Shown here in pieces: positions 30,664 to 42,815 of a DNA stretch of 64,000 nucleotides; position 1 is the stretch's first letter, and every line of letters begins with the position of its first letter. Under the pieces are notes generated by a model that worked only from the letters and a program-made list of their open reading frames with translations, ran no database searches and was not told the origin of the DNA. The translations under genes were made by a program, and so were the position numbers. The stretch is from Eledone cirrhosa. Lineage: Eukaryota. The stretch covers positions 271,498,001 through 271,562,000 of the forward strand of contig OZ024741.1 of the NCBI GenBank assembly GCA_964016885.1, given 5' to 3'.

Positions 30664-30956
30664 CTGTCGGGATTAAAAAGGAAATGATTAAATTTCAACA
30701 TATCAAAAACATTCTATCATATTTCAGGCATAAAGCTGGTCAATCGGTGAGTGAAGAAGTACCAGGAAATCCCAGTGGAAGGAAACCACAGTAGAGGTAC
30801 CCCAAGAAAGACCTGGGCAGAGGTGATGAGAGCTAATCTCAAATCACTGAGACTCACAGAGGAGATGACGAAGGAACATGATGAGTAGAAAGATGCTGTG
30901 CCGAAAAGGACCTGTCCAACCCATGCAAGCATGGAAAAACAGATGTTAAAAACTAC

Positions 30957-30987
<31 letters not shown>

Positions 30988-31399
30988 AGAGCATTGTATG
31001 TTTGTTCGGGGTCTCTTACATTCTGAGTTCAAAACCCACTGAAGTTTACATTGCATTTCATCCTTTGGAGGTTAATAATGAAAGTACCATCACAGGGCTG
31101 GTGCAGCCCTCTTTCTTCCTTCAAGCTGTCACATTCGGATTGTTCCACTGGTTCAGAGGAGGAAGGGAGCATCAAGGAAGTTCTATGTCTGTTTGTGACT
31201 GCAAAGACACCGAAAAGCCTTAGCAAAAAGCATGATAGAAACTACCAAGTCATACTAAATAGCAAGTAATGGCCGCAGTTTTTTTGTCTTTTATTGTTTG
31301 TTAGTTTGTTTTTAATTTCAGGTGCAGGTGTGGCTGTGTGGTTAAGAAGTCTGCTTCACAACCATGAGTTTTTTAGTTCAGTATCAGTGGCAGATTAAA

Positions 31400-31705
31400 T
31401 GGGGATGCTAACTAGGTCACATCTAGGGAGCCTCTAATATGTAATGGGATGCTAACTGGGTCACTTCTAGGGAGCCTCTAATATTTAAGGAGATACTAAC
31501 TTGGTTGCATCAAAGGACCCCTAATATTTAACGGGATGCTGACTGGTTCACATCAAGGGAGCCCTTAATATTTAAAATGATGCTAATAGGGTTGCATCAA
31601 GTGACCCCTAATATTTAAAGAGATGTTGCTTAGGTTGCATTAGGAGACCCCTTAATTAAGGAGATACTGATTGGGTTGTATCCTGGAGACCCTTAATATT
31701 TAAAG
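31400..31705. repeat. Degenerate ~44-bp minisatellite (gatgctaactgggtcacatc..ggagcc.ctaatattta), about 7 units
   Basis: Visible tandem reiteration. Confidence 0.7.
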
Positions 31706-32239
31706 AGCACCAAATTAATTTTTTACTACCATAAATAATTGTTTCTACTTTGGGCACAAGGCCAGCAATTATCCCAGTGCATTACTGGTACTTCATTTTA
31801 TCAACCCCGTAAGGATGAAAGGCAAAATTAACTTCGGCGGGATTTGAACTCAAACTGTAAAGGGACGTAACTCTATGCTGGAAAGCGTAGTGCCTCACCC
31901 TCTACCGATACAGCCAATGCAGCTTGATCAGTGACACTGCATGGGACCTTGGGCAAGTGCCTTGGGTTGATCAGTGCCTAGTGGGAGCAGAAATTGTGTG
32001 GAAGAATTAAAAAAGATATACAAATATAATTGATTTCTAATTTAAGTACAAGACCAGCAAATTTGGTTAAATAAACCCCAGTACTTGACTGATACTTTAT
32101 TTTATCAACCTTGGAAGGTTCAAAGGCAAAGCTGACCTCAACAGGATTTGAACTCCAAATGTAAAGAGCTGGAACAAATATTACTAAGCATTTGTCTGAT
32201 GCTCTAAAGTCATTGCCAATACACTGCCATATATATATA

Positions 32240-35200
32240 TCATCATCATCATCATCATCATTTTACGTCTGCTTTTCCCTGCTTGCAAGGGTTGGACGGG
32301 TCCTATTCAGCATCTCTCCCTTTGTCACGGTCCTTCGTCATCTCCTCGGTGAGTTTCAGCGATCTGAGGTCGGCTCTCACCATCTCCGCGCATGTTTTTC
32401 GTGGTCTACCTCTACTGCATCTTCCTTCTACTGGGATTTCTTGGCACTTCTTTACTCAGCGGTGATCCTCCATGCGCATCACATGTCCATACCATCTCAG
32501 CCTTCTCTCCTGCACACCACCACTTATCCCTCTTATACCCAGTTTCTTTCTCAACTCATCTATGCCTGGTCGTTCACGCGCATTGGCATTGCGCATCCAA
32601 TGGAGCATACTTGCTTCATTTCTCTCCAGCCGTCACATATCTTCTGCAGTTGCTGCCCATGTCTCACTACCATGCAGCATCGCTCATCTCACACAGGCAT
32701 CATATAACCGTCCTTTCGTACTCAGGGAGAAACCCTTCTTTGTCAACATAGGAAGCAGCTCCCTAAACTTCTTCCAATCCATCCTTATTCTAGATACTAT
32801 GGCCTCGGAACACCCCCCTCCCATGCTAATCTGATCACCTAGGTACCGGAAGCTATCAACCACTTCTATAGAACCCACCTGCATTTGAAAAATGTGTCTA
32901 TCACTGCGATTACTACTGCTAACTTTCCCTGTACATCTACTGCATACATAGTTTACCCTACCTGTGAGTTTGCCTGCTATCCCACTACAGCTCTTGTGTA
33001 CCCAAGATCTGCATTGCGTACATCTTATGGAATTTATGCCAGTTCCTTTCCTACATATCGAACATGGCCATTTCTCTGATGGAATCAAAGTATTGTCCTC
33101 TCTTCTCTTCTACTTATCAACACTTTTGTTTAAGCTATGTTCACTCTCAGGCCTCTTGATTCCAACTGCTGTTTCCATAGCCAGAATTTATTCTCTAGCT
33201 CCTCTACTGATTCTGCTATAAGAACCAGATCATCAGCATAGAGAAGTTCCCATGGGCAGCCAGTCTTAAATTCCTCTGTTATGGCTTGGAGGACTATAAT
33301 GAACAAGAGCGGGCTGAGGACCGAACCCTGCTGTACACCTACTTGTATCTGGAATTCCTCACTAAACTCCATTCCTATTCTCATTTTACTGACAGCATCC
33401 CTGTACATAGCTTGCACTGTCCTCACAAGCCATTCCTCTACACCTAGTTTCCTTAGGGACCACCAGATGATAAATTGTGGTACCCTATCAAAGGCCTTCT
33501 CTAGGTCAACAAAAGGTAAGTATAGTGGCTTATTCTTCTCTAAGAACCTCTCTTGTAGTTGCCTCACTAAGAAGAGGGCATCTGTTGTACTTTTCCAAGG
33601 AACAAAACCAAACTGCATCTCATCTAATTTGACCCTTTCTCTAATCAGTTGCACTAATATTCTCTCTGCCACTTTCATAACCTGATCCATCAACTTTTTG
33701 CCCCTATAATTGCTCCTCTCCAGAGCATCCCCCTTACCTTTGTAGCAATTTATGAGAATACTGCTGTACCAGTCTTTGGGTATGACACCACCATATATAG
33801 CTTGATTAATGATGCGTGCAACTAGTTTAGTGCCTACTTCTCCTGATGCCTTCAGCATCTCAGCAACTATCCCCGACGGTCCAGCAGCCTTACCATTCTT
33901 CATTTTCTTAATTGCCTCTTGTACCCTATATTCATAAATCTCAATAGCTGGTCCCTCTGTTGGGTCTACTGGGGGTAATTTCTCTCTGTCCCATTCATTC
34001 TCCACATTCATCAGTCTCTCATAATGACATTGCCATGCCTCCTTTTTTTTATCATTCATGACCTAAGTACACCGGCATCATTCCAGACACACTTATCTCC
34101 AACAACATCCTGATTTGTACTGATACACTGCCTTGCAATGCAGAACACCGCATATCTCTGATCTTCACATCGCAGAACATTGGCAAACCTCCTACTCTCA
34201 GCCTCCCTGCATGCTAAGTACACCTGATGTCTATCTTCTTAGCGGCTGTGTATCCTTCTCTACTCCCACCCTTTTTCCAAGCCTTCCATACCAGTCTTTT
34301 GTCTCTAATGGCCCTATTTACCGTGCTGTTCCACCACCAGGTCACTCTCTGTCTGGTTGAAGCTCTGCCCCAACCACAAGTTTCTTCAGTAGCCTGCAGT
34401 AAGTTGTCACAAGAAATTCCAGTTATCATCTATACAACTCTAAATCGTCTTCTTTTTCATCATACACATCTTGAAGGGCTTTGCTAAATTTAAATTTTAA
34501 TGAAAGGTCTTTTAGCTTCCAAACCTTTCTTTTACACACCTTCCTGTATGGCTCATTCTTTCTCTTATTTACTGAGATGTCACTAATGACTAACCTATGC
34601 TGTGGGGGTACATTCTTCCCTGAGGTATGCCTTAGTATTTGACACCATCTGTCTGTCTCGCTGTCTAACTAGCAGGAAGTCAATCTGGCTTATGTGCTCG
34701 CCTGATTTGTAGGTTATTAGGTGGTTGGTAGGCTTCTGGAAGTTAGTGTTGCAAATGGTTAGTGCATTTGCATCACAAAATTCAAGAAGCCTCACTCCTT
34801 CTTCATTTCTTGAGCTGTAACCATGCCCACCATGTACCCCAGTGTAACCATCCTGGAACTGTCCAACATGACCATTAAAGTCCCCTGCTAGCATAACGAT
34901 GTCTCTGTTCTCTGTCATTGAGGCTGTTTGTAAAAGTTGCTCATAAAAGCAGTCTTTCTCTTCTTTACCTAGGCCTGCTTGGGGAGCATAGGCAGAGATA
35001 ATTGTCAGTAGTCTCTTGCCTACAACTAATCTAAGCTTAATTATTCTATTACTAACTCTAACTACCTCTATTATCTTATTGATCCATCTCTCAGCCAGTA
35101 ATATGCCCACCCCACCTAACCCATCATCATTACCCACTCAAAAAAGCTTATAACTACAATGTTTGCCTGCGATTAGTCTTGCAGAGGCACCTCTCCATCT

Positions 35201-35330
35201 CACCTCTTGCACACAGCACACATCCACATGCCTTCTCTCCAGCATCTCCGCTATCTCACCAGATCTACCTGTTAGAGTGCCAACATTAAGTGTGGCAACA
35301 CTGAGATGTTACGTCTCGTTCTTTTTCCTG
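32240..35330 (-). pseudogene. Decayed RTE LINE (third subfamily) with several frameshifts and deletions
   Basis: ORF pieces 34595-35137 (APE), 34214-34429, 33130-34059 (RT, YADD), 32684-33088 (PHD, FRYLG); (ATG)n tail at ~32240-32260. Confidence 0.88.
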
Positions 35331-35769
35331 TTGTGCGATTGCTTGATGACGGTCGTGGGGTTCTCACACATGGCCTCACTACCCACCCCACTACCGTGCG
35401 CAGCCCTAACATGGTTAGTGTTATTGCTGTTGACGCAGTTGTTGCAATTCTTATTTGTTGTGCTCATAATTTTGGCATTTATTATACTGGTTGGATGCCT
35501 TTCCTAACACCAGCACCACTTTACAGCATGGGCTGGGTGCTTTTATTCATGCCACCAGCACTAGAGAGGTCGTCTTACTGGCTTCAGGGGCCCTATGCAC
35601 CTCTCCATTTTACAGCATGGACTGGGTGTTTTTATTCGTGCCCCCAGCACTAGAGAGTTCATCTTACTGGACTCAGGGGCCCTATCCACCCCTCTATTTT
35701 ACAGCATGGACTGGGTGTTTTTATTCATGCCACCATCACTAGGGAAGTTGTCTAGATGGCTATCCCTAA

Positions 35770-36240
35770 CAACCATGCATCTACATACCCTATTAACCAG
35801 CAAGTAAACAACCAAAATAACTGTAATTGTAGAACAAATAGAACTTGCCCCTTAGGAAAAAATTGCTTAATCAAAGACATCATTTACTCATGTACAGTCA
35901 TTACAAACAACACTTCAAAAACATATATCGGTTCAACTTCGAACTGCTTCAAGACGAGATATAACTCGCATCTTCACACTTTCAAAAATAGCAATCTAGC
36001 CAGCTCCACTTCTTTATCTAACTACATACACTCTCTGAAAACTAGGAATAGACCATATACACTTCAATGGGAAGTAATAGATAGGTCCGCATCATATAAA
36101 CCACCGAATAAATTGTGTAACCTCTGTCTTCTAGAGACTCGCACTATAATTCTAAGCTAAACCTTTTAAATAGAAAATCAGAAATGTTTTCCATGTGCCA
36201 ACACTACCACTGGCACTCTTTCCACAACTTCAAACCTAGC
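35770..36240 (+). pseudogene. PLE GIY-YIG fragment related to the 7001-7795 ORF
   Basis: CNCRTNRTCPLGKNCL..IIY..TYIGSTSNCFKTRYNSH..STSLS..CNLCLLE. Confidence 0.85.
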
Positions 36241-36584
36241 TGCTAGTATATAACAATATCAGATCTGGATTCCTCACCACCGTTAACACTTCACCTCTAG
36301 GTTTTATCAGCATATAATTACCCCCACAGCATCACATTCTATGATCAGCTCATTCCTCTACTTACCTCCTATTTATCTCAGATCTTATACTCTACAATAA
36401 CTAATGGGAATAAACATAAAGTTACCGTCATTTAATATAACTACAATATCTTCCTTACTAATATTTTATTCATCTAATTAATATATGGGTAGGTAGTGAT
36501 AAAATGAGACCTTTAAAATATTATATAGAAAAAAGATTGTATATAAAATTAAATATATAAATTTAAAAATAAATAGCATTATCG

Positions 36585-37275
36585 TATCGAAAACGATAAA
36601 TGGAAAAGAATGAAATGAAATTTCATTTCTCACTCTTAGTACGGCTGATACTTAAATGTAAGTATGTATACGTACATACATATATGTATACAGATGTACA
36701 GTAGTATGTATATATATATACATACATGCACACATATATATATGTATGTATGGGTTTACCGAACATTTATTATAATGTTCGGTTTGTTTGTAAACAAACA
36801 GCCCGAATTAAGCCATACAGTGTTCGGCAACCATCGTCGCCCTTTTGTTCAACACTGACAAAGGAAGGATGAACTAGTTTCAAGCTTATTAGCTATCATC
36901 AGCATTGAATACCTTCCTGTCAGATGATTGAACGTTTGAAAGTATATACTTTCCTTATGCATATTAACGGCTGAGCAGCCTAATTTGCATATCGAGTGTA
37001 TGTACCTATACATACTTACATTTAAGTATCAGCCGTACTAAGAGCGAGAAATGAAATTTCATTTCATTATTTTCCATTTATCATTTTCGGTACGCCCGGC
37101 CAACTAACTCACTGGATATGCAAATTAGGCTGCTCAGCCGTTAATATGCATGAGGAAAGTATATACTTTCAAACGTTCAATCATCTGACAGGAAGGTATA
37201 CGATGCTGACGATAGCTAATAAGCTTGAAACTAGTTCATCGTTCCTTTATCAGTGTTGAACAAAAGGTTGCCGAA
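36585..37275. mobile_element. Inverted pair of non-coding HHR/octamer repeat units (retrozyme-like family)
   Basis: Minus copy 36585-37000 (HHR ~36867-36908) and plus copy ~37005-37275 (HHR 37200-37242). Confidence 0.7.
37200..37242 (+). ncRNA. Minimal type I hammerhead ribozyme
   Basis: acgatg-CTGACGA-tagct-aata-agctt-GAAA-CTAG-TT-catcgt; perfect 6-bp stem I. Confidence 0.8.
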
Positions 37276-37437
37276 CACTGTAGTGAGGATAGTAATATTT
37301 GTGGTGTGAGGTGGGTTCAATATGTGGTCTATATTAGATGAAGGGACTGTTAGTTCGAACTAACAGTCCCTTCATCTAATATAGACCACATATTGAACCC
37401 ACCTCACACCACAAATATTACTATCCTCACTACAGTG
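37276..37437. repeat. Perfect spacer-less 162-bp palindrome
   Basis: Arms are exact reverse complements around TTC|GAA at 37356/37357. Confidence 0.9.
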
Positions 37438-37642
37438 AAAAATTTTTCCTTTGTCAGATAATAAATGATTCTTACAGTCACCAGACCTACAATAAAGGAA
37501 ATGGTTCATTGTTTAAAGACACTGGCTTATCTCTACACTATATATAATACACCCCATGACAGATTTTACATGTCAATTTTATACATCTGCCTCATGTCAG
37601 CTAGTTTAACACGCTAAAGTCGTAGATATACTATATTTCTTA

Positions 37643-38165
37643 CCATACGTACATATATATATGTGTGCATGTATGTGTATATATATACATACTACTGTAC
37701 GTCTGTATACATATATGTATGTACGTATACATACTTATATTTAAGTAACAGCCGTACTAAGAGTGGGAAATGAAATTTTGTTTCATTTTTTCCGTTTATC
37801 GTTTTCGGTGCACCCGGCCGATTAACCCACTCGATATGCAAATTGGGCTACTCAGCCGTTAATATACATAAGGAAAGTATATACTTTCGGACATTCAACT
37901 ATCTGGCAGGAAGGTATACATTGCTGACGATAGCTAACAAGCTTGAAACTAGTACAGCGTTCCTTTGTCAGTGTTGAACAAACGAGCAACGATGGTTGCT
38001 GGACACTACGGCTTAATATGGGATGTTTGTTTACAAACACACCAAGCATTATAATAAATGTTTGGTGAATCCATACGTACATATATATATGTGTGCATGT
38101 ATATATATATATATATACTACTGTACGTCTGCATACATATATGTATGTATGTATACATACTTATA
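37643..38165 (+). mobile_element. Retrozyme-like insertion of ~1.2 units (period 428 bp) with HHR at 37918-37960
   Basis: ccatacgtacatatatatatgtgtgcatg occurs at 37643 and again at 38071; octamer at 37836-37843; ends in (TA)n. Confidence 0.72.
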
Positions 38166-38174
38166 TATATGTAT

Positions 38175-38216
<42 letters not shown>

Positions 38217-38259
38217 GTATATATATATGTATATATATATATATATATGCATATATATG

Positions 38260-38291
<32 letters not shown>

Positions 38292-39309
38292 TATGATTAA
38301 AAAAAGTACCAGTCTAGTACTGGGGTCTATTCTTCCTCTATATCTCTTTCTCGCTTCCATTCTTCAATTCTCTCTATCCTTCTCTGGAAAAAATCTACTG
38401 TATTAATCAGACCTGGAGAGGTGATGGTCTTCGACAGGTTAAAAAAATGTCCCAGAAACGTCATATGTCAATACAGTTGCCCCTACGACTCCCTCGGGAG
38501 TTACGGGGCCATGCATATATATATATATATATATTACCGTGAAATACAAGTGGAAGCTTAGTAAAATCGAAGCTATGGCTGTGGCCAAGCAAAGTCGACC
38601 TACAATAAGGAATGAGTAGCAATGCACTCAATAAGGGTAGGTCCTTAGAGTCATAACGTACGTTTAAATAGCTTGACAAATTTAAAATTGCGGTAGGCAA
38701 AACCCAACCATACAATACCAACCAAAACAACAAAAGAACTAATCAGGTGGAATATATATATATGCATGGCATGCATGGTCCTGTAACTCCTGGGGAGTCG
38801 TAGAGGCAACTGTATTGACATATGACATTTCTAGGACATTTTTTAAACCTGGCGAAGACCATCACCTCTCCAGGATTAATACAGTAGATTTCTTCCAGAG
38901 AAGGATAGAGATATTGAGGAAGAAATGACCCCAGTACTAGACTGGTACTTTTTTTTATTGACCTCAAAAAGAGGAAAAGCAAAGTTGTCCTCGGTGGGAT
39001 TTGCACTCAGAGAGCCGGTACAAATACCGCAAAGCATTCTGTCCGATGTTCTAACAACTCTGACAATTCGCCGCCTATTATATATATATTTGGAGTTTTG
39101 CCTGTTTATCACAGAGTCAACAAACCGGTATATATATATATATAGGTGCACATGCCACATTGCTAACATACACTTGGTAAGCACTCTGAGACAACTTTTT
39201 GTTCCTTACAAGTTCATTCCATAATTCATTGAGTGAGTAATGTGTGCAACCAAGATTATTGTTGATACTTTAACCTTGCCAATATATATATATATATATC
39301 ACAGAAACA

Positions 39310-40142
39310 TCCAGCACACACTGTAAAGTGGTCGTGTAGGTGTCACGATAAAAAGCACCCAGCATACACTGTAAAGTGGTCGTGTAGGTGTCACGACAAA
39401 AGGCACCCAGCACACACTGTAAAGTGGTCGTGTAGGTGTCACGACAAAAGGCACCCAGCACACACTGTAAAGTGGTCGTGTAGGTGTCACGACAAAAGGC
39501 ACCCAGCACACACTGTAAAGTGGTCATGTAGGAGACACGGCAAAAGGCACCCAGCACACACTGTAAAGTGTTCATGTAGAGGACACGGCAAAAAGCACCC
39601 AGCCCACACTGTAAAGTGGTTGTGTAGGTGTCACGACAAAAAGCACCCAGCCCACACTGTAAAGTGGTCATGTAGGAGACATGGCAAAAAGCACCCAGCC
39701 CACACTGTAAAGTGGTCATGTAGGAGACACAGCAAAAGGCACCCAGCACATACTGTAAAGTGTTCATGTAGGAGACACAGCAAAAAGCACCCAGTCCACA
39801 CTGTAAAGTGGTCATGTAGGAGACACGGCAAAAGGCACCCAGCACATACTGTAAAGTGGTCGTGTAGGAGACACAGCAAAAAGCACCCAGCCCACACTGT
39901 AAAGTGGTCATGTAGGAGACACGGCAAAAGGCACCCAGCACATACTGTAAAGTGGTCGTGTAGGAGACACAGCAAAAAGCACCCAGCCCACACTGTAAAA
40001 TGGTCTTGTAGGAGACACGGCAAAAAGCCCCCAGCCCATACTGTAAAGTGATCGTGTAAGTGTCACAACAAAAAGCACCCAGTCCACACTGTAAATTGGT
40101 CGTGTAGGAGATACGGCAAAAAGCACCCAGCACATACTGTAA
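39310..40142 (+). repeat. 48-bp minisatellite (~17 units) expanded within an RTE-type 3'UTR
   Basis: Unit cacactgtaaagtggtcgtgtaggtgtcacgacaaaaggcacccagca; continues into an RTE 3' end and (GAT)n tail at ~40320. Confidence 0.9.
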
Positions 40143-40365
40143 ATGTGGTTGGCATTAAGAAGGGCATCCAGCCTTAGATATCTAGCCAAAAACAGTCCTA
40201 TATGAGCAAGACATGGTCACCCAACCCAATTTGCCTCTAATAGGACAAACCCGTCTAACCCATGCTAGTGTGGAAAATAAATGTTAAACAATGATGATGA
40301 TGATGTTGTTGATGATGATGATATATGCAAAGGGCATACATATAACAAGTACATAATTCACTCAC

Positions 40366-40570
40366 CGCGACTTCTATTGAGCACATTATTGAGATGGCTG
40401 ATAAATGTGATGTTTGATATGATAGTCAAGTTGCTCTCCTTTACAAGTATCTCCTCAACAGTCCCTTCGGGTACTTTAAGGACATCATCAACCAACTGTA
40501 AGACACCATTGTTAGCTTGGAGGTCATGTTTGATCACTTTAGCTGAATTCACTCTCAGATTTGGTAAATT
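40366..40570 (-). CDS. Fasciclin gene A, exon 3
   Basis: cAG / GTgagt, phase 0 to 1. Encodes NLPNLRVNSAKVIKHDLQANNGVLQLVDDVLKVPEGTVEEIL..., the FAS1 H2 motif and start of the next domain. Confidence 0.9.
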
Positions 40571-41418
40571 CTGTTGAATGGAAGAAAGAGACAATTAAAG
40601 CAAAAATTCTATCTGACATTCACACAAGACCAACAATTTGAGGGAGGGGGGAATCAATTATATTGACCTCAGTACTTGACTGGTACTTTATTTAGTGGAC
40701 CTTGAAGGAATAAAAAGCAAATTTTACCTCAGTCAGATTTGAACTCAAGGCCAGTAGTTAAGGACCAATACTTGATTGGTACTTTATTTTATCTACCCCA
40801 AAAGAATGGAAGAAAAATTTGACCTCAGCGGGATTTGAAATCAGAATTTAAGAGCAAGAACAAATGCCACAAAGCGTTTTATCTGACACTTTACTGATAC
40901 TGCCAGTCAAACATCCTTCATAAAAATAGTTTCTGATTTAGGCATAAGGCCAGTAATGTTGGGGAGAGGGGAAAATTGACCCCAGTGCAATACTGGTTCC
41001 CACCAAGCCACATGTGTTCACATATATATACACCATAGAGAAAATAGCTCTACGAGGCAGTGTATATATATTAGAAAGAGTTGTCTCATAACTCTGCATG
41101 TAGTGTGAGAAATAACACAAAACAAACAGACAGATAGAGAGAAGTAAGAAGAGGAAGAAGCAGAAAAATAGGGGAGGGGGAGAATAAGCATGTGTGTGTT
41201 CAGTCAGCCATTTTGGGAAAGTCAAAATGTATATATATATATTAGTAAAAGGAAAAGAAAATGCTGACAAATTGTTCCCAGTGAAAAATAGTTTAATTAG
41301 GAATAAGTAAAAATTAGTAATAAGTATTGGTTAGTATTCAGTTTTAGTTTTAAGTTTTTACCGGTTGCGCATTTCTAATGCTTTTCAAAAATAATTTTGA
41401 GATAGAGCGCCCGTGATG

Positions 41419-41454
<36 letters not shown>

Positions 41455-41663
41455 ATACTTTGGAAGGGTCATGCTGCCAATAAATACACATGCACCTGTT
41501 GATTTTCACTTCAATTTATTATAAATTTCCAGTTAAGTGGAAACTTATAATAAATGTTTTTATTGGCAGCATGACCCTCGCAAAGTATAACAATATCTAC
41601 CAATCTGGCCTGACTCAGGAATCAAAAGCTTGTCGGACTTCTGTTATGATAATTAATCCCTAA

Positions 41664-41705
<42 letters not shown>

Positions 41706-41708
<3 letters not shown>

Positions 41709-42048
41709 GGCACATGGCTTAGTGGTTAGAGCATTGGCCTTGCAATCGAAAGGTTGTGAGTTCAATTCTCAGACCGGGTGATGTGTTGTTTCCTTGAGTA
41801 AGACACTTTATTTCACATTGCTCCAGTTTACTCAGCTGTAGAAATGAGATGATAGGGACTGGGGTCCCTATCATTCCATTGCAAAGTGGTTGTGGAGGTG
41901 CCACGGCAAAAAAGCACCCAGCACTCACTGTAAATGGGGTTGGTGTTAGGAAGGGCATCCAGCTGTAGAAATCAAGCCAGAATCAGTTCCTGTCCCACCC
42001 TTGCAAGCAGGGAAAAGCGGACGTAAAATGAAATGATGATGATGATGA
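41706..42048 (+). mobile_element. tRNA-derived SINE with CORE-like domain and RTE-derived 3' tail; copies at 57688-58032 and 48150-48400 (5'-truncated)
   Basis: Box A TGGCTTAGTGG, box B GAGTTCAATTC, ccttgag.aagacacttt...ccagtttactcagctgtagaaatgag, then RTE 3'UTR sequence and (GAT)n. Confidence 0.82.
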
Positions 42049-42409
42049 TATATGTATGTATATATATATATAATATATATATATGTGTGTGTGTGTGTGT
42101 ATCTATATATATATAATATATATATGTATGTATATATATATAATATATCTATTTATGTATGTGTGTATATATATATAATATATATATATGTATGTATATA
42201 TATATATATATATAATATATATATATATATACATATGAGTGTGTGTCTATGTGTATATATATATGTGTGTGTGTGTATAGAGAGAGCATGTGGTACTGAG
42301 ACTGGGGAGACCATTAATCACAGGAGTACTCAAAGCATGATACAGAGTGGATATATATATATATAAAATATGTACTAATTCTCTATATATAAATATATAT
42401 ATATATATT

Positions 42410-42440
<31 letters not shown>

Positions 42441-42562
42441 ATATTTATATATTGTTATACTTGGGGAGGGTCATATTTGCGTAATATTGCCAGAATTAAT
42501 AACAGAACAGAACTGTTTCGACACACGATTTCATATAAAAAACCTCGCTAAACTAATATATT

Positions 42563-42687
<125 letters not shown>

Positions 42688-42698
42688 ATATATCATAA

Positions 42699-42775
<77 letters not shown>

Positions 42776-42781
42776 TAAATC

Positions 42782-42813
<32 letters not shown>

Positions 42814-42815
42814 AT

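Noticed and set aside
39270-40133. 287-aa Cys-rich repeat ORF / CRISPR-like periodicity
   Set aside because: Head-to-tail 48-bp minisatellite from an RTE 3'UTR; no unique spacers, no cas genes, eukaryotic context.
41706-41780. tRNA gene (also at 57688)
   Set aside because: Only the A/B-box head of a SINE; it continues into a CORE-like body and LINE tail.
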